From NCBI GenBank assembly GCA_951406725.2, contig OX597818.1, forward strand, positions 496,001-560,000: a DNA stretch of 64,000 nt. The letters are read 5' to 3'. The notes below the pieces were generated by a model. The model was not told the origin of the DNA. It was given only the letters and a program-made list of their open reading frames with translations, and searched no databases. The stretch comes from Octopus vulgaris. Lineage: Eukaryota. This document shows positions 26,308 through 37,753 of the stretch, piece by piece; the first letter of the stretch is position 1, and each line of letters starts with the position of its first letter. A program made the translations under genes and the position numbers.

Positions 26308-27994
26308 TTAAGATGATGATGATAACTACATAAAAATATAATTGTCAAATTGGTTGACAGGTAACTTAAGGGAGGTAACTGAGGCCTTGGAAAACCAAGA
26401 GAAAAGTTAATCTGTAGCAGATTTAACAAAACGTAGCAGGTGTTTCAGCTACACAGAAATCTTTTTCAGTTTGTGTGGGTGGAAATATGTTAGACAATAT
26501 TTTTGCATAAATTGGAGAAATTAAGTTTTTAAATTAATTTGTTTTTCATGTGAAAAATCAAGTAGAGGATATTTTTGTTTTGTGAACTCAATATTTCAGG
26601 GTTAAATAAATGAAATCTAATAAAGCAACACTAAACAGTTGTCATGTGAAATGAAATATGTTATACTTAAAACCTTTCATTTATTTACTTTATGAAAAGT
26701 AAAGAGCTAAGTGTTGGATGATGAACTGATGTTGATAACAACTTCCCATCAGATGTTTCACATTAGAGTTTTAATGGCTCATTACTTCCATCCTCGACAA
26801 GGGGAAATAAGACAGATGTTGCAAGTAATTAATTGACATTTGTTCATCATTGAAAAAAGATTCATATAGAATTTTTTATTATTTTATTTCAGACAACATG
26901 AAACAAAAATAATAACAAAGAACCAACTCCAGCAAAGGAGGTTGATTTCATAGAAAACCCCCCAGTTAAATCAAAGTCATCTTCAAATTACATCCTATTG
27001 TCTTGAAAAGGGAAGAACACACTAGGTAATATAGTTGTAATGTTTGAGAAAAAGACAACATGGTCATAGTTTGATCATTTTTGACCATTGATCAGCTCAG
27101 TCAGACTTCATTTGGAGATAATCAACAAGTCTTCTACAACTAAGACATCAACCTGAGTCTTTCATACTCAACAATTATCTGTCTCTATAGGTGGGAAGTC
27201 TGATAGACAGTCATATTTTTGTTATTATATACCTTCTCTGCAATAAATAGTTGGCTGTGCCCCATTTTAACCCGTACACAAAATGACAGCCAGCTCCTAA
27301 TTGATTCTTGGTCTACCAACTTCTCAAATTCCTTAAAACTGAACTATTTTTCAATGTCCATGTCACAATAATGTATCATTAAAGGCTGTACAAAAGTCTG
27401 AACTGTTCAACATATGATCTTTGTTCAACAACTGTCAAATCACCAGTTCAATAGTTTTCTCAGTTACTTCCTTTTCCATTCTCCTCTAACTCTAATAGAA
27501 ATGTTACTTCTCTTATTCTTGATTTCTACAATACACCCAAGTCCTTACATTTTAGGAGGAAAGGAATAATAAATTACACTGAATCAGACCACTATAAATT
27601 TTATTGATCCCTGAAGAATGAAAAGCAAAGCTGATGTTGACAGGATTTGAACTCAAAATATTTGGAGCAGATTCTCTATTTTCTTAATGGCTTTTTACCA
27701 ATAGCAATTACTCAACTGTGGATAAATCAATGAAAAAACCTTTACATAGTTATTGAAATTGCTAGAAATAGCAGCCAAATTCACTGAAATCATACCTTAA
27801 TTCCTTGACAAGAGAGGAATACATGGAACAAAATATTCCTAGATACAGAAAAATTATGAGATGGTCAAGGCTGGAATGTCTTTATAGTCCTGACTCAATC
27901 AGGGATAACCAGAGCCAAACAACATTTCATCTCTGAGGGAAATAATTTATATTTTTCAGCTCATTTAAATGCAATAACTACCAACTCTACTAAC

Positions 27995-28560
27995 AGGTAC
28001 CATCATCATCACCACCATTTTAAAGTGTACTTTTCCATGCTTACAGAAGATTTCATTGAGGCAGAATTTTCTATGACCAGATGCCTTTCTTGTTAGCAAC
28101 CCTCCTGTTTTTAAACAAGGCAATAAATCGCTCAGACTATCAAACAATGAACAACCTTGACATGTTTTTCTAGAGAACTGCAAACACACAAAACCACCTT
28201 TTCAATCAGTATACTCATCAAGACAAAGAGAATATGCACTCAGTCACTCACATACACATACACACCTATGCACAGACAGACATATTTTGAAAACATTCCT
28301 AATAAAATGACATGTCAAATAAAACTCTTTTTTATTAAATCATCATCATCATTAAACATCCACTTTTCCATGCTTGCATGGGTCAGGCAGAGTTTTTGAG
28401 TCAGATTTTCTAAGACCAGATGTCCTTTCTGTGGCCAACCCTCACATGTTTCCAAGCAAACAAATTTTCCTGAAGTTAGCTGTTTTCCAGGGAAAACTAG
28501 AAACTTGCTTGTATGATGATGCTCATATACAACCATCATGAAATTCCAAGAGAAGGATAC
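27995..28560 (-). mobile_element. Two copies of a SINE-like family with an RTE-type (GAT)n tail; opposite-strand copies at ~11300-11540 and ~25020-25220
   Basis: CATCATCAT..TTAA...C.TTTCCATGCTT...GAGGCAGA.TTT.CTA.GACCAGATG.CCTT.CTGT.GCCAACCCTC...TTTCCAAGCAA. Confidence 0.65.
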
Positions 28561-29510
28561 ACACACAAATAACACATACATATATATATGATAGGCTTCT
28601 TTTAATTTCCATCAACCAAATCCACTCACAAGTCTTTAGTTATCCTGAGGCTATAGTAGAAGACACTTACCCGAGATGCCATGCAGTGAGACTGAACCCA
28701 AGACCACATGGTTGGGAAGCAAGCAACTTAATCATACAGCCACACTCATGCCTATATGTAATTATAATAATTATTATTAAAAATGATTTGGTTGCGAACA
28801 TTTGGGAGTGTAATTCAAATGGCCATAGAAGAAATAAAAGTTTCTGAAACATCAATGACATTTTCTATTACACTGTGTAACAAGATTAAAAATTTTTTTT
28901 TTTTTTGGTCAGTCCTATTTGCTTCTATCTACAATTCAAAGGAAATGACTACTATTCCTTTCAAATTTTGCCTCCGTGACCCTTTAAACTTTGCTTATGT
29001 GACCGAACAGATTCAGTGCTAAGTTTCTGAAGCTGAAATATCATTGTAGCAAATATTCTGCTCAATATTTGTTTGTCAGTTGCTTGATCATAATCACAAG
29101 CATGTCCCTTAGTGGCTGACACTGATCATGAGCAGGAGTAGTAGGAAGCATCATAGCTATATGTTGAGAAAGATTCTTTAGGGTTTGAATAAATATAACA
29201 AACATAAAGTCTGAAGAAAATATTAGCCATTTTTCATACCTTCTAGGAGTAAGCAAATAAGAAATAACAGTTGCTACCGAAGGACAAAAATTGAGTTGCA
29301 CAGCGTTATCTGTCTTTTCTAATATGTTTTGCTCTCAGCATTAAAGTCATCACAGTCAATTATAAACTAAATGCAATATCATACTTGTTATTGCTATTGC
29401 ACTGAAGTAATGAAAAATTGGAGCTAACATTATGTTAAAAATTGAGCTCTAAAATCTATGGATATTTCATTTTGTTCCTTAGTATATTGAAAAAGTGTGT
29501 GTGTGTGTGT

Positions 29511-29567
<57 letters not shown>

Positions 29568-30389
29568 TGTGTGTACATAGGCTTCTTCCAGTTTCTTTCT
29601 ACCAATTTCATTCACAAGGTATTGGTCAAGCTGCAGCTATAGAAGAGGACACTAGTCAACAGTGTTCATTGAGTGAGACTGAACTCTTAACCACATAATA
29701 CCAAAGTGAACTGCTTAACTACACATCCATACCTGTGCCTATTAAATGTAAGAATTAATGCTTGAAATTACTAATTAAAAAACATTAGTGAGGAAACTAC
29801 TCGAATCTCTGAAACCAAAGTTCAAAGAACAAAGGAAACTGAAAGAAGAAGAATAGAGAGTAAAATTGTTTACTTACTATTTTATTTGGTCCAATATGTT
29901 GTTTTACAGTAGTTTTTGAAGAAATTGAATTCATTTTGCTTGTAAATCACTGGTAAGAAAAATATATCACATATTTCTTTGTATCTGGAAAAGAAGGAAA
30001 TGTTTAATTGATTTTCTTAAATTGATTTATTGAAGAGAAAATATTTAGTAAGAATAAAATAAGATGTCAAAATATTTAATTTCTTCATAGTCACCTTTGC
30101 CATGGCTATTACTGCTGTCATTTTTACATCCAGTTTCCCATTTAGCATGGATTGCATTGGTTCATCATAGACCAAATCAGCTTTTATCCAGAGCTAATGC
30201 CCTCCCAGACAAGGTGAGGCCTTGATCTAGCTTATACATTTCACTTTTAACATGTTTTCTATGGTTGGATGCCCTTCCTATCACCAACCACTTTATGAAG
30301 TGAACTAGGAACAAGACAAGGAAGGTTGTCATGTCCTTGGCAAGGCTCATGGGTCATTCTCATCAACATCATTAGTATTAGATGGTCAG

Positions 30390-30564
30390 ATAAAATGCTA
30401 AGCAGTATCTCTTCCAACTCTTTACATTCTGAGTTCAACTTCCATCAAGGTCAACTTTACTTTTCATCCTTTCAAGGTTGATAAAATAAGTACCAGTTGA
30501 ACATGGGTTGATATAATCGACTTACTCTTCCACAAAAATTGCTGGCGTTGTGCCAAAATTTTAA

Positions 30565-30597
<33 letters not shown>

Positions 30598-31230
30598 GAG
30601 TGAGAGAGCAGTTCATGCCATCAAAGTGACACTGGGGTAAAATATACGAAGCCCAATATACCCATCATGACTACCCGTCTGATAAAGGTACACCAGGCAC
30701 ATGCATCACAACCATATGTGCGCGACATGGTGATCTCATATCAAGATTATTATTATTATTATTATTATTAAAGGCAGTGAGCTGGTAGAGTTGTTAGAAT
30801 GCAGGGCAAAATGCTTAGCAATATTTTGTCCATCTTTACTTTCTGAGTTCAAATTCTGCCAAGTTTGACTTTGCCTTTCATCCTTTTGGGGTTGATAAAA
30901 TAAGTACCAGTTGAGTACTATAGTCAATGTAATTGACTTAGCCCCTCCCCCTGAAATTGCTGGCCTTGTGCCAAAGTTTGAAACTATTATTATTATTATT
31001 ATTATTATCATTATTATTATTATTATTATTATCATTAACATTAAGGCAGAAAGCTGCTGGAATTGATCTCGAGTCAGTCAAAGTGCATAGAGGCATTTTT
31101 CAGCTCTTTACATTATGAGTTCAAATTTCATTGAAGCAAGCTCTGCCATTCATCTTTTGGGAGGCAATATAATTGACTTATGCCCTCTCCTAAAATTGTT
31201 GGCCTTGTACCTAAATTCAAAACCATCATC
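30390..31230 (+). mobile_element. Three tandem tRNA-derived (Deu/Nin-like) SINE copies with (TAT)n tails; the copy at 30771-30985 is near full length
   Basis: AAGGCAGTGAGCTGGTAGAGTTGTTAG (A box)...GAGTTCAAATTC (B box)...GCCTTTCATCCTTTTGGGGTTGATAAAATAAGTACCAG. Confidence 0.85.
30598..30745 (-). mobile_element. Short insertion embedded in an (ATT)n microsatellite; probable 5'-truncated 3' end of a (TAA)n-tailed retroelement
   Basis: 148 bp of higher-GC unique sequence with pure (ATT)n tracts on both sides. The minus strand ends CTCTCTCACTC(AAT)n. Confidence 0.5.
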
Positions 31231-34061
31231 ACCTTTAATATTATTATTGTACTCAACCAGTAATACAATGTGATTAGAGGAAAGCCAACCTTCACATGCT
31301 ATAGAGAGTTGGTGGAGGACATATCAATGGCCTGAGAGTGATTCTGGTCATTAACAAGAAGAGTCTGAGTAGACTTTTATTGAGTATTTTCAGTTTGGTG
31401 ATTATGGACAGTTTCCAAAAGTCCTTGGCCTGGCATTGTCTCCCAACACTGTTTGATAACCAGTGTTGGTGTGTTTAAGACCCCATAACTTGGTGGTTCA
31501 GTAAAAGAAATAATAGGCTTAAACAATGAAAGTACTGAGATTGATTCATTTGACTAAAATTCTTCGGTGTGGTGCCCCAGCATGACAGGGACTAATAAAA
31601 CATAGAAGATATATATTATCATCTTAATGACCACATGCATCAGATAAGACTACATTTAGTCATTGTTTTCAATGACTTGTTTCTAAGTAAGGTAATAATC
31701 TTCCAGTTTACAAAACAACAACCAGCTTGGACATACTTATGTGGAAAACTGGAAATAAATGACACTGCTCAAATGAGTCTCTTGGCTACAAAGATCATGC
31801 AACATGAAGCTAGAACATGCTTTTGCAGTGAACTGCAAGTAAATGTTACTGTCTGTATGAAAAGTAAGGCTTTTGTTTTGAGCCAGTGAACGCACAAAAA
31901 TGAAGGGAAACATTCACTGACTTTCAATATATAGTTTAACTATATATTGACTATATATTTAACTAGTTTCCAGTCACTGGTGTGTGGTCATACTGGGGTA
32001 CCGCCTTCAAAGATTTTCCTTAATTATATTGATCCTAAGACTTTGTTTAGTACTTATTTTATATTTGGGGAGAGGAAAAGTAAAGTGGGTGGGATTTGAA
32101 CTTAGCTATAAGGGAACATAAACAAATAGCATGAGGTATTCTCTTCTGAAATCTACATTATTGATATATTTTTAAACTTATAAATGCCTGCTGTAGAACT
32201 AAGAGTTTAATATGTGTAGTTTCACAACACAATCTTGAGGAGAACCCATTGACCCTTAGAATTACAGATAAGTCTGTGGTTACATATTATGTTTACAGTG
32301 ACATCTGTCAGTTCTGAACTCAAATCTAACCAGAGTCCACTTTAACTTTCAAAAAGTAAAATCAATAATATATTGTTTCAATTAACACAGTTTCTTCCAC
32401 AAAAATGGCTTTCTCCAAGTAATCCTTATTATCTACAAGAATTATAAACTGTTGGCTAACAGGTAATTTTAGCATCCATATATGTTCCATGACCTCATTA
32501 AATAGCATACCAATAACTATGATGCATCCACATATATTTGAGAGATGATGCTTTCTGAGACATGTTGGCGGATTTTGTTTCATTGACATTTCATTATTCT
32601 ATGGTTCAATGCTCTTCCTAACACCAACCACTTCACACGGGCATGGGGAGGGGGTTCTTCATGATGCCATGTCTTTGACAAGACTAAAAGGTCTTCACAA
32701 CCCTATGCTTAAGAGAGTGTACAGAGGGTGTATTGTGCTAAGTATGCATATTCAAACCACACAAATAACATGGCAGAGAAGTGGCAGAGGCTTCTGTAAA
32801 TCAAAGGATCAAATTCTGCTAGCAGGCTGGGATAGAGGGAATAAATTCCATTTTAGCTAGCAGCTGAAATCTTCCTATATTTTTTAACCACTAATACAGC
32901 ACCAAACTACAAAATAAAACCAATGTTACAAAAATAATCATGGCTAAACTTTAGTCATATGAGACTGGCAGTATAGAAAAAAAGGATTTCCCAGTAGATA
33001 TAGATTTTTGTTAGGGTTAACCCCAAGTATCTCTGCTTAAGCGGACCTTTGGTTGGATGTTTGACAATCAAAAGATTTGGGGCCATCCAAGCGCATTACC
33101 ACACATATGTTTTGATTGAGACTTAGAAATCATGTCAAGAAGTGTAATAGTTGTATGAGTCAGCACTGAAACCATCTTCATTTAAGTTGTGTATTGTACT
33201 TGAAGTCCAGAGTTTTAAAGGATGGCATTGAGAAATATGACTGGTCATTGGTCCATTAAACAACTACGTAAGCCCCTATGAGGAGTGGGTGGGTGAAAAG
33301 TGTGATTGAGGACAGGGTTTGCCATACATAAAGAAAAATTATATTCTTGTTTCATAAAGAATAAGAATCCTGTTGTAGTAATAGTAAATCAGCGGGAGAT
33401 TTAAAAAGAAGGAAAACCACTGTAGAGTTCTAAGAGATTCAACAACATGGCTGAGCTGTTTACAAGAAGCAAGTTACTGTTTTGTGTTTTTAGGCCGATG
33501 TATGTGCTTAGTGGAGAAAGCAGGAAGCTGGTCTGGTTGCATGCTTCAACTCTAACAATAAACAAAACTTCTTTTCTTGCTAAATCTGACCCCCTACCAC
33601 CTTTAACTCAAACTGGGGTGAGAGGAATGAGATTATAGAATCTCACCAAAGAAAAAAAAATTCCTTTTCAAAACAGACTTTATGTAAAGAACAACTTGAG
33701 TTTCACTTAAGCGTGTCTTAGGCACAGCTCTATTGCAAATATTTAACTGGGTTCCTCTAAAAGTTAGCTTACTTACTATAAGCAACAAACTTATAATCAA
33801 ATGGCCGATATGTAGCTACTCTATGCCAGGGACTTTATTTTCACCTCAACACACCTACTCTCTACAACAAATAACTCTGACATGTGTTTCCTTCATTATA
33901 TAACCTAGATGAAGGAGAACAAACCATCAGAGCAGAACATTACTGAAATTTACTTTTCACTCTTTCAAAATGTTAACAGAAATAACATTTAGCTCTCTCT
34001 TCTCTCTAGAAGAGAGAGCTAAATGGAAGGTGTGTATGTACGTATATATATATATATATAT

Positions 34062-34186
34062 ATATACTTTATTTAAAAGCAGCAGAAATATAACAAAAGC
34101 TGTTACTCAGAGTTTCACGTTCCCATTCGACGAAACTCTGAGTAACAGCTTTTGTTATATTTCTGCTGCTTTTAAATAAAGTATAT
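34062..34186. repeat. Perfect inverted repeat, 55-bp arms, 15-nt spacer; Penelope-like pseudo-LTR inversion
   Basis: 34062-34116 is the exact reverse complement of 34132-34186. Arms contain GAAACTCTGAGTA and AATAAA. Confidence 0.9.
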
Positions 34187-34620
34187 TACTCTACTTCTGG
34201 TATTTGAGTATTCATTTTTCCATCTTGTTTCACATTTATGTGCTTACTCGTGTGTGTGTGTGCGTGCGTGCGTGTGTGTGTGTGTGCGCATTATACTTTT
34301 ACAAATGCAGTGACAGTAACTTTGAAGTTTCTGCCTGCTAGCCTTTGTAGCACTGTTATTTAAGTTATATTTAATATATATTATAACTCATCACAAAAAC
34401 AAACCATATATGAATGTATGTATGTCTATATGGTTCAAAATTGTACAAAAAAACAAGACAGGTGAAGAAACAATAAACAAGATGTATTAATTTGATGCTC
34501 AGGAAGAATGGAAGAGTCTTTGACATTTTTAGCCTACACTCTTCTACAGAAAAGAACGAAGAGAGAAAACAGATGCAGATAGGAAAAAATATGTCTATAT
34601 ATATAAAGATCAGTGCCTAT

Positions 34621-34667
34621 GGCCATTAATAATCATGCTCCTTGACAAGACATGATTATTAATGGCC
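34621..34667. repeat. Perfect 17-bp inverted repeat, 13-nt spacer
   Basis: GGCCATTAATAATCATG (34621-34637) / CATGATTATTAATGGCC (34651-34667). Confidence 0.9.
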
Positions 34668-35162
34668 CCATACGGTGACGGAAAGTTTTAAAAAATTAAA
34701 ATGTTGGGACGACATTATATATACGGGTGGCATTAAGTTAAAGAGTCAGTCAGTGAGAGAGAGACAGGCGGTCATTGTGAGCGTCCACCGGACAAGGGCA
34801 GCGTGGTCTAGAGAGAGAGAGACAGTCAGTGAGAGAGATGACAGGACGAGAGATAGTCAGGAAGTTGACAGTCACAGCCAGACAGGGGCAGAGAGAGATA
34901 CATGAAGAAGCTGGGCTACTATAGTGGGAATTTGTGAAGCTAAAATGTTGCAGGCGCGAATTTAAGAAACAAATGTTCTGGTAAATGTTTTTCTGTTTGT
35001 TTTGAACTTTGATGTTTAAATGTAAAAAAAAAAAAAGAGAGAAACGTTGTGTTGTCAAATGCTGAATTTTGAAAAAAGGACGCTGATGTAAATGGTTGAA
35101 AAGAAAAGGAAAAAGAAAGAGAACTTGTAAATGTTTAAAAAAAGAAAGAGAAAGAGAAAAAC

Positions 35163-35286
35163 ATTTTATAGAAGGAGCTTCTACAGGACTAGAACTGTTT
35201 CATTCAGATGAAATCTTCAGGAAGCTTCCTGAAGATTTCATCTGAATGAAACAGTTCTAGTCCTGTAGAAGCTCCTTCTATAAAAT
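35163..35286. repeat. Perfect 124-bp palindrome (62-bp arms, no spacer)
   Basis: Symmetric about AAG|CTT at 35224/35225; checked base by base. Confidence 0.95.
35223..35273 (+). ncRNA. Type I hammerhead ribozyme motif (Penelope-like); mirror copy on the minus strand at 35176-35226
   Basis: Stem I AGCTTC/GAAGCT; core CTGAAGA; stem II T-TTC-ATCT-GAA-T; GAAA; stem III (A)CAG-TTCTAGTC-CTG(T); cleavage triplet GTA. The 10.1/11.1 pair is U-U (non-canonical). Confidence 0.65.
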
Positions 35287-35355
35287 AAATTACTTTACTC
35301 TGCTATGTATTGAGTACCTTATTTACTGTGGTTAACCCCGACTCAACCCGGGACC

Positions 35356-35391
<36 letters not shown>

Positions 35392-35671
35392 TTTTGCAAC
35401 AAGAATCAGTGGAATAATTATGTTTTCATTAGCATTGAGTATTGACAGATTAATCTGAAGAAAAAAATAACATAATATATTGATTACTGTTGGGTTCAAA
35501 TCATTTCTTAAATATAACAGGGTGTATATTTGATTTAGTTGATAGCATTGAATGGTGTATAGAGCTAGCAGTTATTTTATCAACATCAACTGGATCTGAG
35601 CTCAGAATGCTGAAGCAATACAAGATATGATATAGTGAAGCACCGAGGCCCGCATCCTGATGTCTCAGAGA

Positions 35672-35722
<51 letters not shown>

Positions 35723-36830
35723 GTTATTACAACATCAAATACTTTTTAATCCTTATCATCTTCAGATCTGAGCATATGTATACATATGTTCTTGAAACCA
35801 AAACCCGCCTCTAACCAATACCCTTATCTTAACTAAACAGCCAATCTCTAACTAACCCAATAGCCTACCATCTGAAAAAATGAAAAGTACACAAAATAAT
35901 GTAATACTATATATCCCGAGAAATAAAGATGGGCATGAGTGGAATGCCTTTTGATCAACAGTGACCTCAACCAGAACAAGCCTGGGATTAAACAATAACA
36001 CCAACAACAACAACAGCAACCATTCATGGAGAGATTGAACATTCTCCATACAAGCAAACATTGCCTCACAAAGGCCTGGATATTCTCTCTGGGAACGAAA
36101 TTTTTTCATTTCCAACAGTTCCATACAATCCTGACTTACACTGTAATTCTACTTTTACACATCTGGCACAGGATACTCCTGCCCCTCACATACCTGCAGG
36201 GGTAGCTATAGGTGTAGACATTCTCCATGTGTTTTATCTTTATTTCTTCTATTAATCTGTCAAAGTATTTCCTTCTATACAATTTATCAAGCTGTTTTTC
36301 ATTCTACCACTGCTAGAACAGCTCCCATTCCACTTTACCATCCATTTTAACCCCTATTTGATTCACTCACCAGACAACTTCATTAAAGACACATATCTAA
36401 TTAAGAAATACTCATCCAAAGATAGACAACTCAACACTAATGGAACTACAGATACAACTATTACACTTTAAAATGGGAGAGGGTTACATCTGTACTTTTC
36501 TCCCTATGCTAACATGGATGGGAAGTATCAACTATCGAGGCACTGTTTAACAGGTGGATTCCCTTCTTATCACTAACCTATACCTATTTTTCAAATAAGG
36601 GCTCTCTTATTCCATACATTTTCGAAGATGCAAAGCCCGTGGATGACCCTATTGATCAGTAATTGACCCTAAAATAAATCTCAGGTCTTTGAGAAGAATG
36701 CCTTAGGAGACAACTGTTCTATAAGCTGATTGATTAACTGATTAATTAATAACCTAATTAAACATACAACCTACTATGTATAAATAGATTTGGCTTGTCA
36801 AGGCATTTGAAATGTGTTAAAGTGAATAAA

Positions 36831-37166
36831 GTGACATATCATTCCATGATCGACTTTATCACAGACCTTTGCAAAGTCGAGATATATCACTTCCACATTT
36901 GAGTGGTTGAGCAGTCGTTTCAGCACCCAGTCATAGAGTTGTAGGAGCTGAGTTAGGCAGCTTCTTCCTGGTCGGAAACCATGTTGGGTGTCAGGCAGCA
37001 AGTCATTTTCTTCAAGGAAGGTGATTAGTTTCCTTCTGACTATTCGTTCCATGACCTTGCTGATGTGTGAGGTCAGAGAGATAGGTCTGTAGTTCTTGGC
37101 CGCCGTCTGCTACCTCCTTTATGAATAGGGTATATTTTACCTTCCTTCAGTTTTCTTGTAAGTTTG

Positions 37167-37167
<1 letters not shown>
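36831..37167 (-). mobile_element. Internal RT fragment of the same CR1/L2-group LINE family as 47107-50760
   Basis: MERIVRRKLITFLEENDLLPDTQHGFRPGRSCLTQLL...YLDFAKVCDKVDHGMICH; reverse complement of ~49261-49599. 5' end abuts (TA)n. Confidence 0.92.
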
Positions 37168-37217
<50 letters not shown>

Positions 37218-37220
<3 letters not shown>

Positions 37221-37753
37221 TATTATTTATTAATTATTATTATTCTGATCCCCCTAGTCGCCACTCTGTTTACTATTTCAGCCTCGCCTCGTTTTTGCAT
37301 ATTCTGTATAATTCACTAGTTATCGTTATAGATATTTAAGATCTATCTCCCTTATAGAAATTGGCTGACGATTCTTCGCGGGGTTTTTCTCTTCCCTTCT
37401 CTCCCCCTCTTTTTACATTGTCGTCTGTCTGGACTCCTCTCTTCCTACCACTCGCCATGGCTATGCATACTTAAGCTAGTAAACTGCCTCATTCTTGATT
37501 CCGAATTTTTTTTGCCAAGTCTGTCCGTAAACGAAGTGATCTCAAGATAAGAAATCTTTGAACTTTAATTCATCCGTATCTCTATTTATTATTATTATTT
37601 ATTAATTATTATTATTCTGATCCCCCTAGTCGCCACTCTGTTTACTATTTCAGCCTCGCCTCGTTTTTGCATATTCTGTATAATTCACTAGTTATCGTTA
37701 TAGATATTTAAGATCTATCTCCCTTATAGAAATTGGCTGCCGATTCTTCGCGG
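37218..37753 (+). repeat. ~165-bp direct repeat with 372-bp period (about 1.4 monomers), upstream of the satellite
   Basis: CTGATCCCCCTAGTCGCCACTC...CGATTCTTCGCGG starts at 37245 and 37617, with one visible substitution. Confidence 0.9.

Noticed and set aside
30771-30870. tRNA-like A/B boxes, here and in other SINE heads
   Set aside because: No cloverleaf; these are SINE heads, not tRNA genes.
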